Assembly: GCF_044324785.1 (NCBI RefSeq)
Contig: NZ_CP172127.1
Length of the DNA: 64,000 nt
From: Escherichia coli
GTDB lineage: Bacteria > Pseudomonadota > Gammaproteobacteria > Enterobacterales > Enterobacteriaceae
Reading direction: 5' to 3' (one strand)
Shown here: positions 1-9,070 of the stretch, piece after piece
Layout: each line of letters opens with the position of its first letter
How positions within the stretch are numbered: the stretch's first letter is position 1
Program-made: the position numbers and the translations under genes
The notes under the pieces: generated by a model
Database searches by the model: none
What the model was told of the DNA's origin: nothing
The model's input: the letters and a program-made list of their open reading frames with translations, nothing else

Positions 1-81
1 GTGATTATCGCTGACAAACCATTTAGTCATTAAGGCTGGATGGTTTGTATACCACACGCAAAATAACTGCCCTACCCCAGA

Positions 82-957
82 TCAATGCTCTCCTCTGAAC
101 ACCTCTTTTCTGTGCCATTCAACAAACTGCTCGCCCGGATAATTTTCTTTAACCGGTGGCAACGCAATCGCCTTTCCCGCAAAATCCCAGAACAGTCGCT
201 GTACCACTCCACCACCATTTACCGCGCCGGAAACCACCACACGCATATTTTCATCCAAGCCAATCGAACCGCGATCAAACGCTTTATGATGGATTGCGCA
301 CAATGCCAGGCCATTAGGTACTTCACAAGGGCCATGGTGCTGCTTCCATCTGATATGAGCGGCTTCCAGAGCAATCGGCGCATTGTCGTGGCGCATGTTA
401 AAGCCGCAGATAGCGCACTGATAATTGTAAGCACGTAGCACCATCTGGCGAAACTTCGGATCGCGTTGACGGAGAGAGGTGCGAATATCAAAACCCATCT
501 CGTCAGCGATCTCTTCCTGAATACTGGCCGGGAAATGCGCCTCCAGGAGCTGCTGCGCCAGCGTATCAATTAACCTGTGATTTTTTGCCACCAACGCAAA
601 ATTATCGGCATCAAATCCACCAGCAACATTATATTCAATGAGTTCTCGTCGGGGCGGCTGGCGGCTACCACTGGTTGAGCACAGTTCCGCGTTATGTAGT
701 TCCCAGAAGCCATCGCCCTTCAGACGCCAGAACGGCATGTCCGGGCGCTGGTCACGGCGCTGCGGTCCATAACGTTCCAGGAGATCCAACAGGGGCTCGT
801 AGATTTCAGAACCATAGTTAAACAGGCGACCATGACCCTGCCGATAGTGTGAGAGAACGTACAGCAGCAATAATGGCTTATGTGGCGCACGTTGTTCGCC
901 TTTGCGCCAGATGGTGATATTTGATATCGCTTGCTTTAGGGTTTTGTCAGAGGTCAT
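82..957 (-). CDS. HNH-nuclease-domain protein (C-terminal CxxC...H...N...CxxHH motif), island cargo gene; N-terminal ~190 aa of unknown function
   Basis: ORF track 82..1002; start moved to internal ATG at 957 (291 aa). C-terminus carries YQCAICGF...AAHIRWKQHHGP...NGLALCAIHHKAFD, typical of HNH/His-Me finger nucleases. No clear Shine-Dalgarno, so start is uncertain. Confidence 0.6.
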   Translation of the reverse strand: MTSDKTLKQAISNITIWRKGEQRAPHKPLLLLYVLSHYRQGHGRLFNYGSEIYEPLLDLLERYGPQRRDQRPDMPFWRLKGDGFWELHNAELCSTSGSRQPPRRELIEYNVAGGFDADNFALVAKNHRLIDTLAQQLLEAHFPASIQEEIADEMGFDIRTSLRQRDPKFRQMVLRAYNYQCAICGFNMRHDNAPIALEAAHIRWKQHHGPCEVPNGLALCAIHHKAFDRGSIGLDENMRVVVSGAVNGGGVVQRLFWDFAGKAIALPPVKENYPGEQFVEWHRKEVFRGEH

Positions 958-1101
958 TGCGTTGGAGAATCCATGAGCACATATTTGCGATGATGCTCGC
1001 AACTATATGTACATTCAAGGCATTATTGCAGACATCCTTTTTCTCTGGCGGTTCTGTACCTGGCAGATAGAATTCTGATAACAACGGTAAAAAATACAGC
1101 G

Positions 1102-1132
1102 ACCAACCAGTCCTAAGCGGGCTGGTTGGTCT
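1102..1132. terminator. Perfect 10-bp stem hairpin (GACCAACCAG/CTGGTTGGTC) between integrase and HNH gene, T-rich on both flanks
   Basis: Seen directly; followed by TTTTAAATTT on + strand and by TATTTTTTAC on - strand. Confidence 0.45.
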
Positions 1133-1172
1133 TTTAAATTTAAACATCAGCCGAGGAATAACGGCATTCAAC

Positions 1173-2441
1173 TCACTCGCCATTACCCCGATTGATCTTC
1201 GCATAGTCAAACGGCGTAATCGCTCTCTCCCGATTCGCATCCAGAAAATCGGCCCACCACTGCAACATCAGCTTGCGCTCATCCAGATGTTCCGCTTTAT
1301 GGATATACGCCGCTCGCACCGAATTGCGCTCCATATGACTCATCTGTCGTTCCACCGCATCCTTCGACCATAACCCGGACTCAATTAACGAGCTACAGGC
1401 CATTGTGCGGAAGCCGTGGCCGCAAACTTCAACCTTAGTGTCATAACCCATCACCCGTAGCGCACTGTTCACCGTGTTTTCACTCATGGGCTTACGCGGA
1501 TCGTGATCGCCAATAAAAATCAGCTCATGCTCACCACAGAACTGCTTTATCTGCTTCAGGATCGCCAGCGCCTGCTTTGAAAGCGGCACCAGATGCGGTG
1601 TGCGCATCTTTGTTCCTCGCTGAGAATGTTTCACGCCGGGAATCGGTTCTCGCTCAGGAGGGATGGTCCACATTGATGTTTCAAAATCGATCTCTGACCA
1701 ACGAGCAAAACGCAGCTCACTGGACCGAATAAAGATAAGCAGAGTGAGTTCTGTCGCCCAGCGGGTTAGCGGCCTGCCGGTATAGCCGTCTATTTTCTCA
1801 AGCAACTCAGGGATGCGCTTTAACTCCAGCGCCGGACGATGCTGTCGATTACTGGAAGCAACCGCCCCCGCCATCTCTTGCGCCGGATTGTAATCAATTA
1901 ACCCGCTTTGCACTGCATAACGCATGATGGCCGTGGTGCGCTGTTGAAGGCGGGAAGCCACTTCAAGGCGTCCGGATTTCTCCACGGCTTTAATAGGAAT
2001 TAACAGATCGCGGGTGCCTAGTTCAGCAATATTGCGAGTACCAATTGCCGGGAAGATATTGTCCTCCAGGCTCTTTTTTACACGATTAGCATGATCTTCC
2101 GACCATTTTTGGTTGGTTACGAACCACTCTCTGGCAACCTTCTCGAAAGTAATAATCTCTTTCGCCTGCTCTTCTTTCACAGCACGCTTATGCTCACGAG
2201 GATCGATACCAGCAGCTACCAGCTTTCTGGCCTCTTCCCTTTTCTTCCGCGCATCCGCCAGTGAAACATCCGGGTAAACGCCGAACGCCATCAAATGTTG
2301 TTTACCGCCAAAACGGAAACGAAATCGCCAATACTTTGAACCGCCAGGTTTTACAAGTAAGGACATGCCGTCGCCGTCAACAAGTGAATACTCTTTCTCC
2401 TCTGGTTTCGCAGAACGAACTTTAGTATCCGTTAGGGCCAT
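1173..2441 (-). CDS. P4-family (CP4-like) tyrosine integrase
   Basis: ORF track 1173..2519 begins with GTG; start placed at ATG for MALTDTKV with GGAAGGAAG RBS (422 aa). N-terminal arm-binding motif GSKYWRFRFRFGGK, C-terminal catalytic region, and position directly beside the tRNA-Leu 3' end. Confidence 0.9.
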   Translation of the reverse strand: MALTDTKVRSAKPEEKEYSLVDGDGMSLLVKPGGSKYWRFRFRFGGKQHLMAFGVYPDVSLADARKKREEARKLVAAGIDPREHKRAVKEEQAKEIITFEKVAREWFVTNQKWSEDHANRVKKSLEDNIFPAIGTRNIAELGTRDLLIPIKAVEKSGRLEVASRLQQRTTAIMRYAVQSGLIDYNPAQEMAGAVASSNRQHRPALELKRIPELLEKIDGYTGRPLTRWATELTLLIFIRSSELRFARWSEIDFETSMWTIPPEREPIPGVKHSQRGTKMRTPHLVPLSKQALAILKQIKQFCGEHELIFIGDHDPRKPMSENTVNSALRVMGYDTKVEVCGHGFRTMACSSLIESGLWSKDAVERQMSHMERNSVRAAYIHKAEHLDERKLMLQWWADFLDANRERAITPFDYAKINRGNGE

Positions 2442-2467
2442 AGTGGTCTTCCTTCCATTGGTATCTC

Positions 2468-2519
2468 GTGAGTATACAAGCAATATCGAATCGGCAAATA
2501 TACTCATTAGTATACTCAC
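2468..2519. repeat. Inverted 10-bp repeat GTGAGTATAC / GTATACTCAC plus extra TATACTCA copy in the integrase 5' region
   Basis: Seen directly at 2468-2477 and 2510-2519, with a further TATACTCA at ~2499-2506; lies between the integrase start and leuX. Confidence 0.5.
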
Positions 2520-2603
2520 AAGCCTGTTGATGTGGGTTGAGTCAGGTTGACTTCAGTTGAGGAGAAAAGCTGGAAAAGCCTTGTGTAGCGCGGATTTCAG
2601 GCA

Positions 2604-2628
2604 TAAAAAAAGACCTCAGTTGAGGTCT
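2604..2628 (-). terminator. Rho-independent terminator downstream of leuX
   Basis: Hairpin AGACCTCA-GT-TGAGGTCT followed on the minus strand by a T7 tract. Confidence 0.75.
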
Positions 2629-2641
2629 ATTTACATACTTT

Positions 2642-2726
2642 TGGTGCCGAAGGCCGGACTCGAACCGGCACGTATTTCTACGGTTGATTTTGAATCAACT
2701 GCGTCTACCGATTTCGCCACTTCGGC
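2642..2726 (-). tRNA. leuX: tRNA-Leu (anticodon CAA)
   Basis: 85-nt sequence GCCGAAGTGGCGAAATCGGTAGACGCAGTTGATTCAAAATCAACCGTAGAAATACGTGCCGGTTCGAGTCCGGCCTTCGGCACCA on the minus strand, with encoded CCA. Confidence 0.95.
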
Positions 2727-2921
2727 ACTGAAGAGGTATGCGGAAAACGTTGTGGATTATACCTGTCGCACGCCACCATGCAAGCGCCAGCTTGCTCGCA
2801 CCTCGCTAAGTGCTGAAATTTTCAGCATTGCATACAGCGATGTGTAACCTTTGTCACACTCCAGGCACCCCGCCCTGCCATGCTCTACACTTCCCAGACA
2901 ACACCAGAGAAGGACCAAAAA

Positions 2922-3941
2922 ATGTCGATGATAAAAAGCTACGCCGCAAAAGAGGCTGGCGGCGAACTGGAACTTTATGAGTACGATCCCGGTGAACTGA
3001 AGCCACAAGATGTTGAAGTGCAGGTGGATTACTGCGGGATCTGCCATTCCGATCTGTCGATGATCGACAACGAATGGGGATTTTCACAGTATCCGCTGGT
3101 TGCCGGGCATGAGGTGATTGGTCGCGTGGTGGCGCTCGGGAGTGCCGCACAGGATAAAGGTTTGCAGGTCGGTCAGCGTGTCGGGATTGGCTGGACGGCA
3201 CGCAGCTGCGGGCATTGCGATGCCTGTATTAGCGGTAATCAGATCAACTGCGAGCAAGGCGCGGTGCCGACGATTATGAATCGCGGCGGCTTTGCTGAGA
3301 AGCTGCGTGCGGACTGGCAATGGGTGATCCCACTGCCAGAAAATATCGACATTGAATCTGCTGGGCCGCTGTTGTGCGGCGGTATCACGGTCTTTAAACC
3401 ACTGTTGATGCACCATATCACTGCCACCAGCCGCGTCGGCGTAATTGGTATTGGCGGGCTGGGGCATATCGCTATAAAACTTCTGCACGCAATGGGATGC
3501 GAGGTGACAGCCTTTAGTTCGAATCCGGCGAAAGAGCAGGAAGTGCTGGCGATGGGTGCCGATAAAGTGGTGAATAGCCGCGATCCGCAGGCACTCAAAG
3601 CACTGGCGGGGCAGTTTGATCTCATTATCAACACCGTCAACGTCAGCCTCGACTGGCAGCCTTATTTTGAGGCGCTGACGTATGGCGGTAATTTCCATAC
3701 GGTCGGTGCGGTTCTCACGCCGCTGTCTGTTCCGGCCTTTACGTTAATTGCGGGCGATCGCAGTGTCTCAGGTTCGGCAACCGGTACGCCTTATGAGCTG
3801 CGTAAGCTGATGCGCTTTGCCACCCGCAGCAAGGTTGCGCCGACCACCGAACTGTTCCCGATGTCGAAAATAAACGACGCCATCCAGCATGTGCGCAACG
3901 GTAAGGCGCGTTACCGCGTGGTTCTGAAAGCCGATTTTTGA
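2922..3941 (+). CDS. ahr: NADPH-dependent aldehyde reductase (Zn-dependent ADH family)
   Basis: ORF 2880..3941; start at [14 protein letters not shown] with RBS; GHEVIG and CGICHSD zinc-ADH motifs. Confidence 0.92.
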   Translation: MSMIKSYAAKEAGGELELYEYDPGELKPQDVEVQVDYCGICHSDLSMIDNEWGFSQYPLVAGHEVIGRVVALGSAAQDKGLQVGQRVGIGWTARSCGHCDACISGNQINCEQGAVPTIMNRGGFAEKLRADWQWVIPLPENIDIESAGPLLCGGITVFKPLLMHHITATSRVGVIGIGGLGHIAIKLLHAMGCEVTAFSSNPAKEQEVLAMGADKVVNSRDPQALKALAGQFDLIINTVNVSLDWQPYFEALTYGGNFHTVGAVLTPLSVPAFTLIAGDRSVSGSATGTPYELRKLMRFATRSKVAPTTELFPMSKINDAIQHVRNGKARYRVVLKADF

Positions 3942-3944
3942 AAA

Positions 3945-4508
3945 TCATTCGCAGCGCTGATCTGAGGCGCTGCCCCCTTTCGCACATATTCTGTCTTGTC
4001 GTATCGCCAGCACGGCCTGCCGACATTGTTCGGTGACATTGGCAATATCATGGTTGATATCAATGCGCACAATATCCTGTTCATCTGCTTGTGGACGCTC
4101 CAGCGCCTCAAACTGACTTTTTAGTAACGCTACCGGCATAAAATGCCCAGCCCGCCGCTGCATTCGCGCGAGAATAGTTTCATAGTCGCCATCTAACCAG
4201 AGGAAATGAACATGGGGGCTACCCTTGCGTAAAATATCACGATACTGTTTTTTTAATGATGAACAGACAATAAATCCTGTTTCATTCTTTTTATAAAGAC
4301 TGTATGAAGCATCATTTAAGCGTTCCAGCCAGGGAAGTCGATCTTCATCAGATAATGGAATACCCTGCGACATTTTATCTATATTTTTGGCTGGATGAAG
4401 ATCGTCACCATCAATAAATTTAGCAGATAATAACGCGGCAACCTTGCTACCAATTAATGTTTTACCACTCCCTGAAACGCCCATCAAAATAAAGCTTTCA
4501 CCCGCCAT
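3945..4508 (-). CDS. idnK: Gluconate kinase (thermosensitive, GntV)
   Basis: 187 aa, Walker A GVSGSGKT; sits divergent to idnD. Confidence 0.92.
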   Translation of the reverse strand: MAGESFILMGVSGSGKTLIGSKVAALLSAKFIDGDDLHPAKNIDKMSQGIPLSDEDRLPWLERLNDASYSLYKKNETGFIVCSSLKKQYRDILRKGSPHVHFLWLDGDYETILARMQRRAGHFMPVALLKSQFEALERPQADEQDIVRIDINHDIANVTEQCRQAVLAIRQDRICAKGGSASDQRCE

Positions 4509-4609
4509 TTAAAATCTCCTGAATCATCTTACCTGCTGCGATACTACGCCTAGTGGCATAATAATTTCACGTTTTTTTATTTCTGCTGATAAGAATTACA
4601 AGGCACATC

Positions 4610-4625
4610 ACGTTATGCGTAACAT
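4610..4625. promoter_or_regulatory. Near-palindromic GntR/IdnR-type operator (ACGTTATGCGTAACAT) in the idnK/idnD divergent promoter region
   Basis: Palindrome seen directly; resembles the gnt operator consensus ATGTTACCGGTAACAT. Confidence 0.55.
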
Positions 4626-4724
4626 AGTAATGTAACAATTTTCTGACGTGATCTTCATCACAAATAATGACAATTAAAACCGCTTAAATGCTTCCGAGGT
4701 GTCTACCTGACCAGTGAGGAATTT

Positions 4725-5756
4725 ATGCAAGTGAAAACACAGTCCTGCGTTGTTGCGGGCAAGAAAACTGTTGCCGTTACCGAGCAGACGATAGATTGGA
4801 ATAATAATGGAACATTAGTACAAATAACCCGAGGTGGAATTTGCGGTTCCGATTTACATTATTATCAGGAAGGAAAAGTAGGTAATTTCATGATAAAGGC
4901 ACCGATGGTGTTAGGTCATGAAGTTATCGGTAAAGTTATTCATAGCGACTCATCAGAATTACATGAAGGGCAAACGGTAGCCATTAATCCGTCTAAACCG
5001 TGCGGTCACTGCAAATACTGCATTGAACATAACGAGAATCAGTGTACAGATATGCGTTTTTTTGGCAGTGCCATGTATTTCCCTCATGTTGATGGTGGTT
5101 TTACCCGTTATAAAATGGTCGAAACGTCGCAATGTGTCCCTTATCCGGCCAAAGCTGACGAAAAGGTTATGGCTTTTGCCGAACCTTTAGCCGTCGCGAT
5201 TCATGCCGCACATCAGGCCGGCGAGTTACAGGGCAAGCGAGTATTTGTTTCCGGTGTTGGGCCCATTGGCTGCCTGATTGTCAGTGCTGTGAAAACACTG
5301 GGGGCCGCGGAAATTGTCTGTGCCGATGTGAGTCCCCGTTCCCTTTCGCTGGCCAAAGAGATGGGTGCGGATGTGCTCGTAAACCCACAAAACGACGACA
5401 TGGATCACTGGAAAGCGGAAAAAGGCCATTTCGATGTCAGCTTTGAAGTGTCCGGTCATCCTTCATCAGTGAATACCTGTCTGGAGGTCACTCGTGCACG
5501 CGGCGTAATGGTGCAGGTAGGGATGGGAGGCGCGATGGCAGAATTCCCAATGATGACGTTGATTGGTAAGGAGATTTCACTCAGAGGCTCTTTCCGTTTT
5601 ACCAGCGAATTTAATACCGCAGTGTCATGGCTGGCGAATGGCGTTATCAGTCCACTGCCTTTACTGAGTGCTGAATATCCCTTCACTGACCTGGAAGAGG
5701 CGCTACGTTTCGCCGGTGATAAAACCCAGGCAGCAAAAGTCCAGCTTGTTTTCTAA
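4725..5756 (+). CDS. idnD: L-idonate 5-dehydrogenase
   Basis: 343 aa zinc-ADH family; operon position idnD-O-T-R. Confidence 0.92.
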   Translation: MQVKTQSCVVAGKKTVAVTEQTIDWNNNGTLVQITRGGICGSDLHYYQEGKVGNFMIKAPMVLGHEVIGKVIHSDSSELHEGQTVAINPSKPCGHCKYCIEHNENQCTDMRFFGSAMYFPHVDGGFTRYKMVETSQCVPYPAKADEKVMAFAEPLAVAIHAAHQAGELQGKRVFVSGVGPIGCLIVSAVKTLGAAEIVCADVSPRSLSLAKEMGADVLVNPQNDDMDHWKAEKGHFDVSFEVSGHPSSVNTCLEVTRARGVMVQVGMGGAMAEFPMMTLIGKEISLRGSFRFTSEFNTAVSWLANGVISPLPLLSAEYPFTDLEEALRFAGDKTQAAKVQLVF

Positions 5757-5779
5757 GAGATAAATAAAGGAATAATACA

Positions 5780-6544
5780 ATGAACGATCTATTTTCACTG
5801 GCAGGAAAAAATATCTTGATTACCGGTTCAGCACAGGGCATTGGCTTTTTACTGGCAACCGGCCTGGGTAAATATGGCGCACAAATAATTATTAATGATA
5901 TTACTGCCGAACGCGCAGAACTTGCTGTAGAAAAACTCCACCAGGAGGGTATTCAGGCCGTTGCCGCACCTTTTAATGTTACTCATAAACATGAAATTGA
6001 TGCCGCCGTTGAACATATCGAAAAGGACATCGGCCCCATTGATGTGCTGGTGAATAACGCCGGTATCCAGCGCCGTCATCCTTTTACTGAGTTCCCTGAA
6101 CAAGAGTGGAATGATGTGATCGCAGTAAACCAGACCGCCGTGTTCCTGGTATCGCAAGCGGTAACTCGTCACATGGTTGAACGCAAGGCAGGTAAAGTTA
6201 TTAATATTTGCTCGATGCAAAGCGAACTGGGACGTGACACCATCACCCCTTATGCCGCATCGAAAGGGGCGGTAAAAATGCTCACCCGCGGCATGTGCGT
6301 CGAGCTGGCGCGCCACAATATTCAGGTCAACGGTATTGCGCCGGGCTATTTCAAAACAGAAATGACTAAAGCACTGGTTGAGGACGAAGCCTTCACCGCC
6401 TGGTTGTGCAAACGGACCCCCGCCGCACGCTGGGGAGATCCGCAGGAACTGATTGGTGCTGCGGTGTTCCTTTCTTCAAAAGCCTCTGATTTCGTAAACG
6501 GCCACCTGTTGTTTGTTGATGGCGGCATGTTAGTGGCTGTTTAA
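5780..6544 (+). CDS. idnO: 5-keto-D-gluconate 5-reductase (SDR)
   Basis: 254 aa; TGSAQGIG Rossmann motif. Confidence 0.92.
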   Translation: MNDLFSLAGKNILITGSAQGIGFLLATGLGKYGAQIIINDITAERAELAVEKLHQEGIQAVAAPFNVTHKHEIDAAVEHIEKDIGPIDVLVNNAGIQRRHPFTEFPEQEWNDVIAVNQTAVFLVSQAVTRHMVERKAGKVINICSMQSELGRDTITPYAASKGAVKMLTRGMCVELARHNIQVNGIAPGYFKTEMTKALVEDEAFTAWLCKRTPAARWGDPQELIGAAVFLSSKASDFVNGHLLFVDGGMLVAV

Positions 6545-6608
6545 CAGCCACCACCCTACGTGCAGCGCGAAAGCGCTGCTTTTCTGGCACTAATAAGAGA
6601 TAAAGACT

Positions 6609-7928
6609 ATGCCATTAATCATTATTGCGGCAGGCGTCGCGCTGCTTCTTATCCTGATGATCGGCTTTAAAGTTAACGGCTTTATTGCCCTCGTTCTGGT
6701 AGCTGCCGTCGTCGGATTTGCCGAAGGGATGGATGCACAGGCCGTCCTGCACTCTATACAAAATGGTATCGGCAGCACGCTCGGCGGGCTGGCAATGATC
6801 CTCGGTTTCGGGGCCATGTTAGGCAAGCTGATTTCTGATACGGGTGCGGCACAACGTATCGCCACTACGCTGATTGCTACTTTTGGTAAAAAACGCGTGC
6901 AATGGGCGCTAGTGATCACCGGTCTGGTTGTGGGCCTCGCCATGTTTTTTGAAGTGGGTTTTGTCCTGCTGTTGCCGTTGGTATTTACCATCGTAGCATC
7001 ATCAGGATTACCCCTGTTGTATGTTGGCGTACCAATGGTAGCAGCGCTCTCTGTAACCCACTGTTTTCTGCCGCCACATCCAGGGCCTACTGCCATCGCG
7101 ACTATCTTTGAGGCTAATCTCGGAACGACTTTACTGTATGGATTTATCATTACCATTCCGACAGTTATTGTCGCAGGACCGCTGTTTTCTAAACTGCTAA
7201 CTCGCTTTGAGAAAGCACCACCGGAAGGCTTATTTAATCCTCATCTGTTTAGCGAAGAGGAGATGCCCTCTTTCTGGAACAGTATTTTCGCTGCCGTGAT
7301 CCCGGTCATCCTGATGGCTATCGCCGCCGTTTGTGAAATTACGTTACCGAAAACTAACACCGTGCGCCTCTTCTTTGAATTTGTCGGTAACCCTGCCGTT
7401 GCGCTGTTTATTGCCATTGTTATTGCGATTTTCACACTGGGCCGACGTAATGGACGCACCATCGAGCAAATCATGGATATCATTGGGGATTCTATAGGCG
7501 CTATCGCGATGATTGTGTTTATTATCGCTGGCGGCGGCGCGTTTAAGCAGGTATTAGTAGATAGCGGTGTCGGGCACTATATTTCACACTTAATGACAGG
7601 AACTACGCTTTCGCCGTTATTGATGTGCTGGACTGTTGCGGCGCTGTTGCGTATCGCTCTGGGCTCTGCCACCGTCGCGGCCATTACCACCGCGGGTGTG
7701 GTGTTGCCGATTATCAACGTTACCCATGCCGATCCCGCTTTAATGGTACTGGCAACCGGTGCGGGCAGCGTGATCGCGTCACACGTAAACGACCCTGGCT
7801 TCTGGCTATTTAAAGGGTATTTTAATCTGACGGTTGGTGAAACGTTGCGTACCTGGACGGTGATGGAAACCCTTATTTCTATTATGGGTTTGCTGGGCGT
7901 GTTAGCCATTAACGCCGTATTGCACTGA
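6609..7928 (+). CDS. idnT: L-idonate/gluconate:H+ transporter (GntP family)
   Basis: 439 aa polytopic membrane protein. Confidence 0.92.
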   Translation: MPLIIIAAGVALLLILMIGFKVNGFIALVLVAAVVGFAEGMDAQAVLHSIQNGIGSTLGGLAMILGFGAMLGKLISDTGAAQRIATTLIATFGKKRVQWALVITGLVVGLAMFFEVGFVLLLPLVFTIVASSGLPLLYVGVPMVAALSVTHCFLPPHPGPTAIATIFEANLGTTLLYGFIITIPTVIVAGPLFSKLLTRFEKAPPEGLFNPHLFSEEEMPSFWNSIFAAVIPVILMAIAAVCEITLPKTNTVRLFFEFVGNPAVALFIAIVIAIFTLGRRNGRTIEQIMDIIGDSIGAIAMIVFIIAGGGAFKQVLVDSGVGHYISHLMTGTTLSPLLMCWTVAALLRIALGSATVAAITTAGVVLPIINVTHADPALMVLATGAGSVIASHVNDPGFWLFKGYFNLTVGETLRTWTVMETLISIMGLLGVLAINAVLH

Positions 7929-7994
7929 AAGAATAAAATATTGTGATGTAGTTTCGGGGGAAGATTGAAGATTCCCCCGACGTTGGGAGAAGTT

Positions 7995-8993
7995 ATGCGC
8001 AATCACAGAATTTCTTTACAGGATATCGCTACGCTGGCTGGCGTAACAAAAATGACCGTGAGTCGTTATATCCGCTCGCCGAAAAAGGTGGCAAAGGAAA
8101 CAGGCGAGCGCATCGCCAAAATTATGGAAGAGATCAATTATATCCCTAATCGCGCTCCCGGCATGTTGTTGAATGCACAAAGTTATACCCTCGGTATCTT
8201 GATTCCGTCATTTCAAAATCAACTCTTCGCTGACATTCTCGCGGGAATAGAATCCGTCACCTCTGAGCATAATTATCAGACCCTTATTGCTAATTACAAT
8301 TACGATCGCGATTCCGAAGAAGAGTCGGTGATTAACCTGCTCTCTTATAACATTGACGGGATTATACTTTCGGAAAAATATCACACCATCAGGACGGTGA
8401 AATTTCTGCGTTCAGCCACCATTCCGGTCGTGGAATTGATGGATGTACAGGGAGAACGGCTGGATATGGAGGTCGGTTTTGATAATCGGCAGGCCGCTTT
8501 TGACATGGTGTGTACCATGCTGGAGAAGCGAGTCAGGCACAAAATTCTGTATCTCGGTTCCAAAGATGACACCCGCGATGAACAGCGTTATCAGGGGTAT
8601 TGCGATGCGATGATGCTGCATAATCTTTCCCCATTACGCATGAATCCACGCGCCATCTCATCCATTCATTTAGGAATGCAGTTAATGCGTGATGCCCTTA
8701 GCGCAAACCCGGATTTAGACGGTGTATTTTGCACCAATGACGATATTGCGATGGGTGCGCTTCTGCTGTGCCGCGAGCGAAACCTCGCCGTGCCAGAACA
8801 AATTTCCATTGCGGGTTTTCATGGGCTGGAGATTGGCAGGCAAATGATCCCAAGCCTCGCCAGCGTAATTACTCCCCGTTTTGATATTGGTCGGATGGCC
8901 GCCCAAATGTTGCTGAGCAAAATTAAAAATAACGATCACAACCACAACACTGTTGACCTCGGGTATCAGATTTATCACGGCAACACGCTTTAG
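7995..8993 (+). CDS. idnR: LacI-family transcriptional regulator of idn operon
   Basis: ORF 7965..8993; start at [12 protein letters not shown] with RBS; N-terminal HTH. Confidence 0.9.
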   Translation: MRNHRISLQDIATLAGVTKMTVSRYIRSPKKVAKETGERIAKIMEEINYIPNRAPGMLLNAQSYTLGILIPSFQNQLFADILAGIESVTSEHNYQTLIANYNYDRDSEEESVINLLSYNIDGIILSEKYHTIRTVKFLRSATIPVVELMDVQGERLDMEVGFDNRQAAFDMVCTMLEKRVRHKILYLGSKDDTRDEQRYQGYCDAMMLHNLSPLRMNPRAISSIHLGMQLMRDALSANPDLDGVFCTNDDIAMGALLLCRERNLAVPEQISIAGFHGLEIGRQMIPSLASVITPRFDIGRMAAQMLLSKIKNNDHNHNTVDLGYQIYHGNTL

Positions 8994-9070
8994 GTTATTT
9001 TCTCTTCATTACACGTATTCTCTTTGCCGGACGTTGCCTATACTCCAGGCAGGAAACTGGAGGATATCTC

